A stretch of 64,000 nt of DNA. It comes from Actinomycetota bacterium (GTDB lineage: Bacteria > Actinomycetota > Thermoleophilia > Gaiellales > F1-60-MAGs149). This document shows positions 61,922 through 64,000 of this stretch, in pieces. How positions within the stretch are numbered: the first letter of the stretch is position 1; every line of letters begins with the position of its first letter. Location of the stretch: contig VGBM01000001.1 in assembly GCA_016870485.1 (NCBI GenBank), positions 293,068 through 357,067 on the forward strand, read 5' to 3'. Position numbers and translations under genes: made by a program. The notes below the pieces were generated by a model that was not told the origin of the DNA, ran no database searches, and saw only the letters and a program-made list of their open reading frames with translations.

Positions 61922-62224
61922 TCAGCCGGCGGCGAGCCCGAGCGCGTCCACGACCTGCGCGAGCGCCCCAAGGTGCCCGTCGGGCGACGTCAGGCCCAGG
62001 CCCATCGTGTCCATCGAGATGTGGGTCGCCCCCGCATCGCGCCACGCGCCCGTGATCGCCTGGATCTCGTCCCGCGTGATGTCGGGGCGCCCGTTGAGGC
62101 GCCCCTCCATCCCGATCGCGGACGGGTCGCGACCCGCCTCCTCGGCGGAGCGGGCGATCATCTCGAGCGCCGCGTCGAGCTCGGGGCCCGGCTGCACCCC
62201 GGGGAACCAGCCGTCGCACTCGCC
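61922..62224 (-). pseudogene. C-terminal remnant of an LLM-class (F420-dependent-like) oxidoreductase
   Basis: CDGWFP..AEEAGRDPSAIGMEGR..WRDAGATHIS; the 5' part is replaced by foreign sequence. Confidence 0.65.
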
Positions 62225-62862
62225 AGAAGCCACCACCCGGCATTGATCGCGACAAGGTTCCCATCTGCAAGCACTGTGGCGGCAGCACCGACTTCGAGAG
62301 CTTCGTCGAGATCGCCGAGGGCGAGCACGAGCTCCGCTTCCGCTGCTCGCTGCCGACCACGACTGCCTGCGAGCGGATGCAATCGCTAAGCGCAACGATT
62401 GATCCGAAGTTCATCGTCCCGCTATGGGCGACGAATCCGATCTTCGTCGAGCTCTCCAAGACGCATCAGACGTACGAGCGGTACCACTTCAAGGCTCGTC
62501 GCCGCAACCAGACGGGCCCGAAATCGCACACGACTGCTCCGCGTCGGGTCGGCATCACGTGCCAGCAGCTCCGAGCGACGATCGGCAACATGCTCAACCG
62601 GCTGACACTCTGCATCAAGTACGGCTGGATCGGCACGCATCGCCCTCGTTTCGAGGTCAAACGCAACCGCAACGCGGGCCCGTGGGTTCGCTTCATCACC
62701 AAGCGGCGTGATCGTCGTCGCGCTGCCGGCACTCCTGGCGGCGGCGCTCGCATTCGACACGAATGCTCCGCAGGGTCGACGCAACCTAGGGGAGCGCGGG
62801 CAGGCGCAAGCCTACCCCTAGTCGTACTCCGGCCCTACCCACGCGCCGATTCGAGTGCCTGA
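62221..62862 (+). mobile_element. Possible transposase-like remnant (lower GC, start-less frame)
   Basis: The open frame extends upstream of ORF 62377 (PICKHCGG..LRFRC..YERYHFK..GITCQQLRA..GW), with atypical codon use, and abuts the truncated LLM gene near the tRNA-Trp 3' end. The family assignment is a recollection only. Confidence 0.4.
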
Positions 62863-62950
62863 CGCCGCTCGGAGGGCTTCCGAGGACTGGCGCAATGGGC
62901 TTGGACCCTCAACGCGGACCCTCACGCGGAGAGTGCTGCGAAGAGACGCA

Positions 62951-63023
62951 CAGGGCCGGCAGGACTCGAACCTGCAACCCCCGGTTTTGGAGACCGGTGC
63001 TCTACCAATTGAGCTACGACCCT
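62951..63023 (-). tRNA. tRNA-Trp(CCA)
   Basis: AGGGTCG-TA-GCTCAATTGGTAGAGC-A-CCGGT-CTCCAAA-ACCGG..GCAGG-TTCGAGT-CCTGC-CGGCCCT-G. Confidence 0.96.
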
Positions 63024-63129
63024 ACTGCGCTGCAGGATACCCGCACCGGGCGGGATCGGGTGGCGGGTGAAGAGCCTGCTCCAGCCCACATCTCGCCCTC
63101 GCCACGTGCGTATCATTCGCCCGCAGGAG

Positions 63130-64000
63130 ATGAAACGGGTTCGTCGTCAAAGAGTTCGCTGCGCTCTCGCACTTGTGGCTTCCGCCTCCGCTCTCGCAGC
63201 CGCAGCGGCCGCCTCGGCCGCCGTGCCGGGCAACAACGTCCACACCTGGGGAGCCCATGGCACCACGCTCAACTCCGCGCTGTACGGCACGATGGTCCGA
63301 GGCACGACCACCGTCACGACCTCGGCTCCCGGCGGCGGCGGCTCGCTCACGGCGCAGGGCACGCTCGCCGCGCCGGTCAGCAAACTCACCGCCACCAAGG
63401 CCTTCGCCAACGGGACCGAGCAGCTCGGCACGATGAGCGCCTTCGACGGCGGCACGCCGCTCTTCTTCTCCGAGACGGCGCGCGCCTCCGGCGTGCTCGC
63501 CGCGGTCGCCAACGCCACGACCGGCGCGCACGAGCTCTGGTACTGGAACTCGACATACCCCTATCCCGTCCGGCACACGTGGACGCCCGCAGCCGGCGAG
63601 GTGATCGTCGAGCTCGCCGGGTACAGCTCGGTCAATTCGAGCGGCACCTACACGACCTACGCGATGCTCACGAGGCGCGCCGGCACCACGACGGTCTACA
63701 CGTGGGGCTTCAACTGGCAGGGGCGCACCGGACAGGGCTCGACGTCCGGCTATTCCGGGGCGATCAGCGGCGCACCCGTTGAGGGCTACACGCCCACTGC
63801 CGTCGCGGCGCTCAGCGGCACCACCGTCGTCGGCATCGCCGTCGGCTACGACTTCATGCTCGCCGCCGACTCCACCGGCGCCGTCTGGACCTGGGGCAAC
63901 GACTCCCACGGCGAGCTCGCGCGCAGCGACATCGCCGTCGTATCGGCGACGCCCGTCAAGCTCGTGGACGCCAACACCGTCGGCGGCGTGGCGCCGACGG
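63130..64000 (+). CDS. Secreted RCC1/BLIP-II-like beta-propeller protein, partial (runs off window)
   Basis: Manual translation from ATG 63130 (RBS AGGAG): signal peptide, VHTWG, VYTWGFNWQGRTGQG, VVGIAVGYDFMLAADSTGAVWTWGNDSHGEL. No stop before 64000. Confidence 0.8.
   Translation, partial: MKRVRRQRVRCALALVASASALAAAAAASAAVPGNNVHTWGAHGTTLNSALYGTMVRGTTTVTTSAPGGGGSLTAQGTLAAPVSKLTATKAFANGTEQLGTMSAFDGGTPLFFSETARASGVLAAVANATTGAHELWYWNSTYPYPVRHTWTPAAGEVIVELAGYSSVNSSGTYTTYAMLTRRAGTTTVYTWGFNWQGRTGQGSTSGYSGAISGAPVEGYTPTAVAALSGTTVVGIAVGYDFMLAADSTGAVWTWGNDSHGELARSDIAVVSATPVKLVDANTVGGVAPT

Overview
Very GC-rich (about three-quarters G+C by eye) bacterial chromosomal segment. It is most likely a deep-branching actinobacterium such as Thermoleophilia; this is inferred from gene content and synteny (zwf-opcA, an F420-type LLM remnant, and the mreCD-pbp2-rodA-radical SAM-rne-rplU-rpmA-obg-nadD-rsfS string). 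The backbone is housekeeping: holA-comEC-comEA-leuS, the obg/rne/mre cluster, CCA-type nucleotidyltransferase, alr, nnr, zwf-opcA-glk, class I aldolase, dsbA and xseAB, plus tRNA-Cys, tRNA-Ala and tRNA-Trp. Two accessory tracts interrupt it. (i) A ~7.4 kb islet between leuS and tRNA-Ala carries a DTG-motif microbial rhodopsin, a coupled MtnK-like kinase plus divergent enolase (E168D/H373A by yeast numbering), a four-gene ABC exporter and a TetR. (ii) The ~45-63 kb tract ending at tRNA-Trp carries secreted enzymes, an NAD-dependent formate dehydrogenase operon, an HDAC-family amidohydrolase plus ADH, a 50%-acidic microprotein with its own consensus promoter, and many gene scars. No CRISPR array, rRNA or intact integrase/transposase was seen. 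The best candidates for undescribed biology are the kinase-variant enolase pair, the donor-less DTG rhodopsin, the acidic microprotein and a structured hairpin between tRNA-Cys and a YugP-like peptidase gene. All calls are by eye from motifs; no database search was run.
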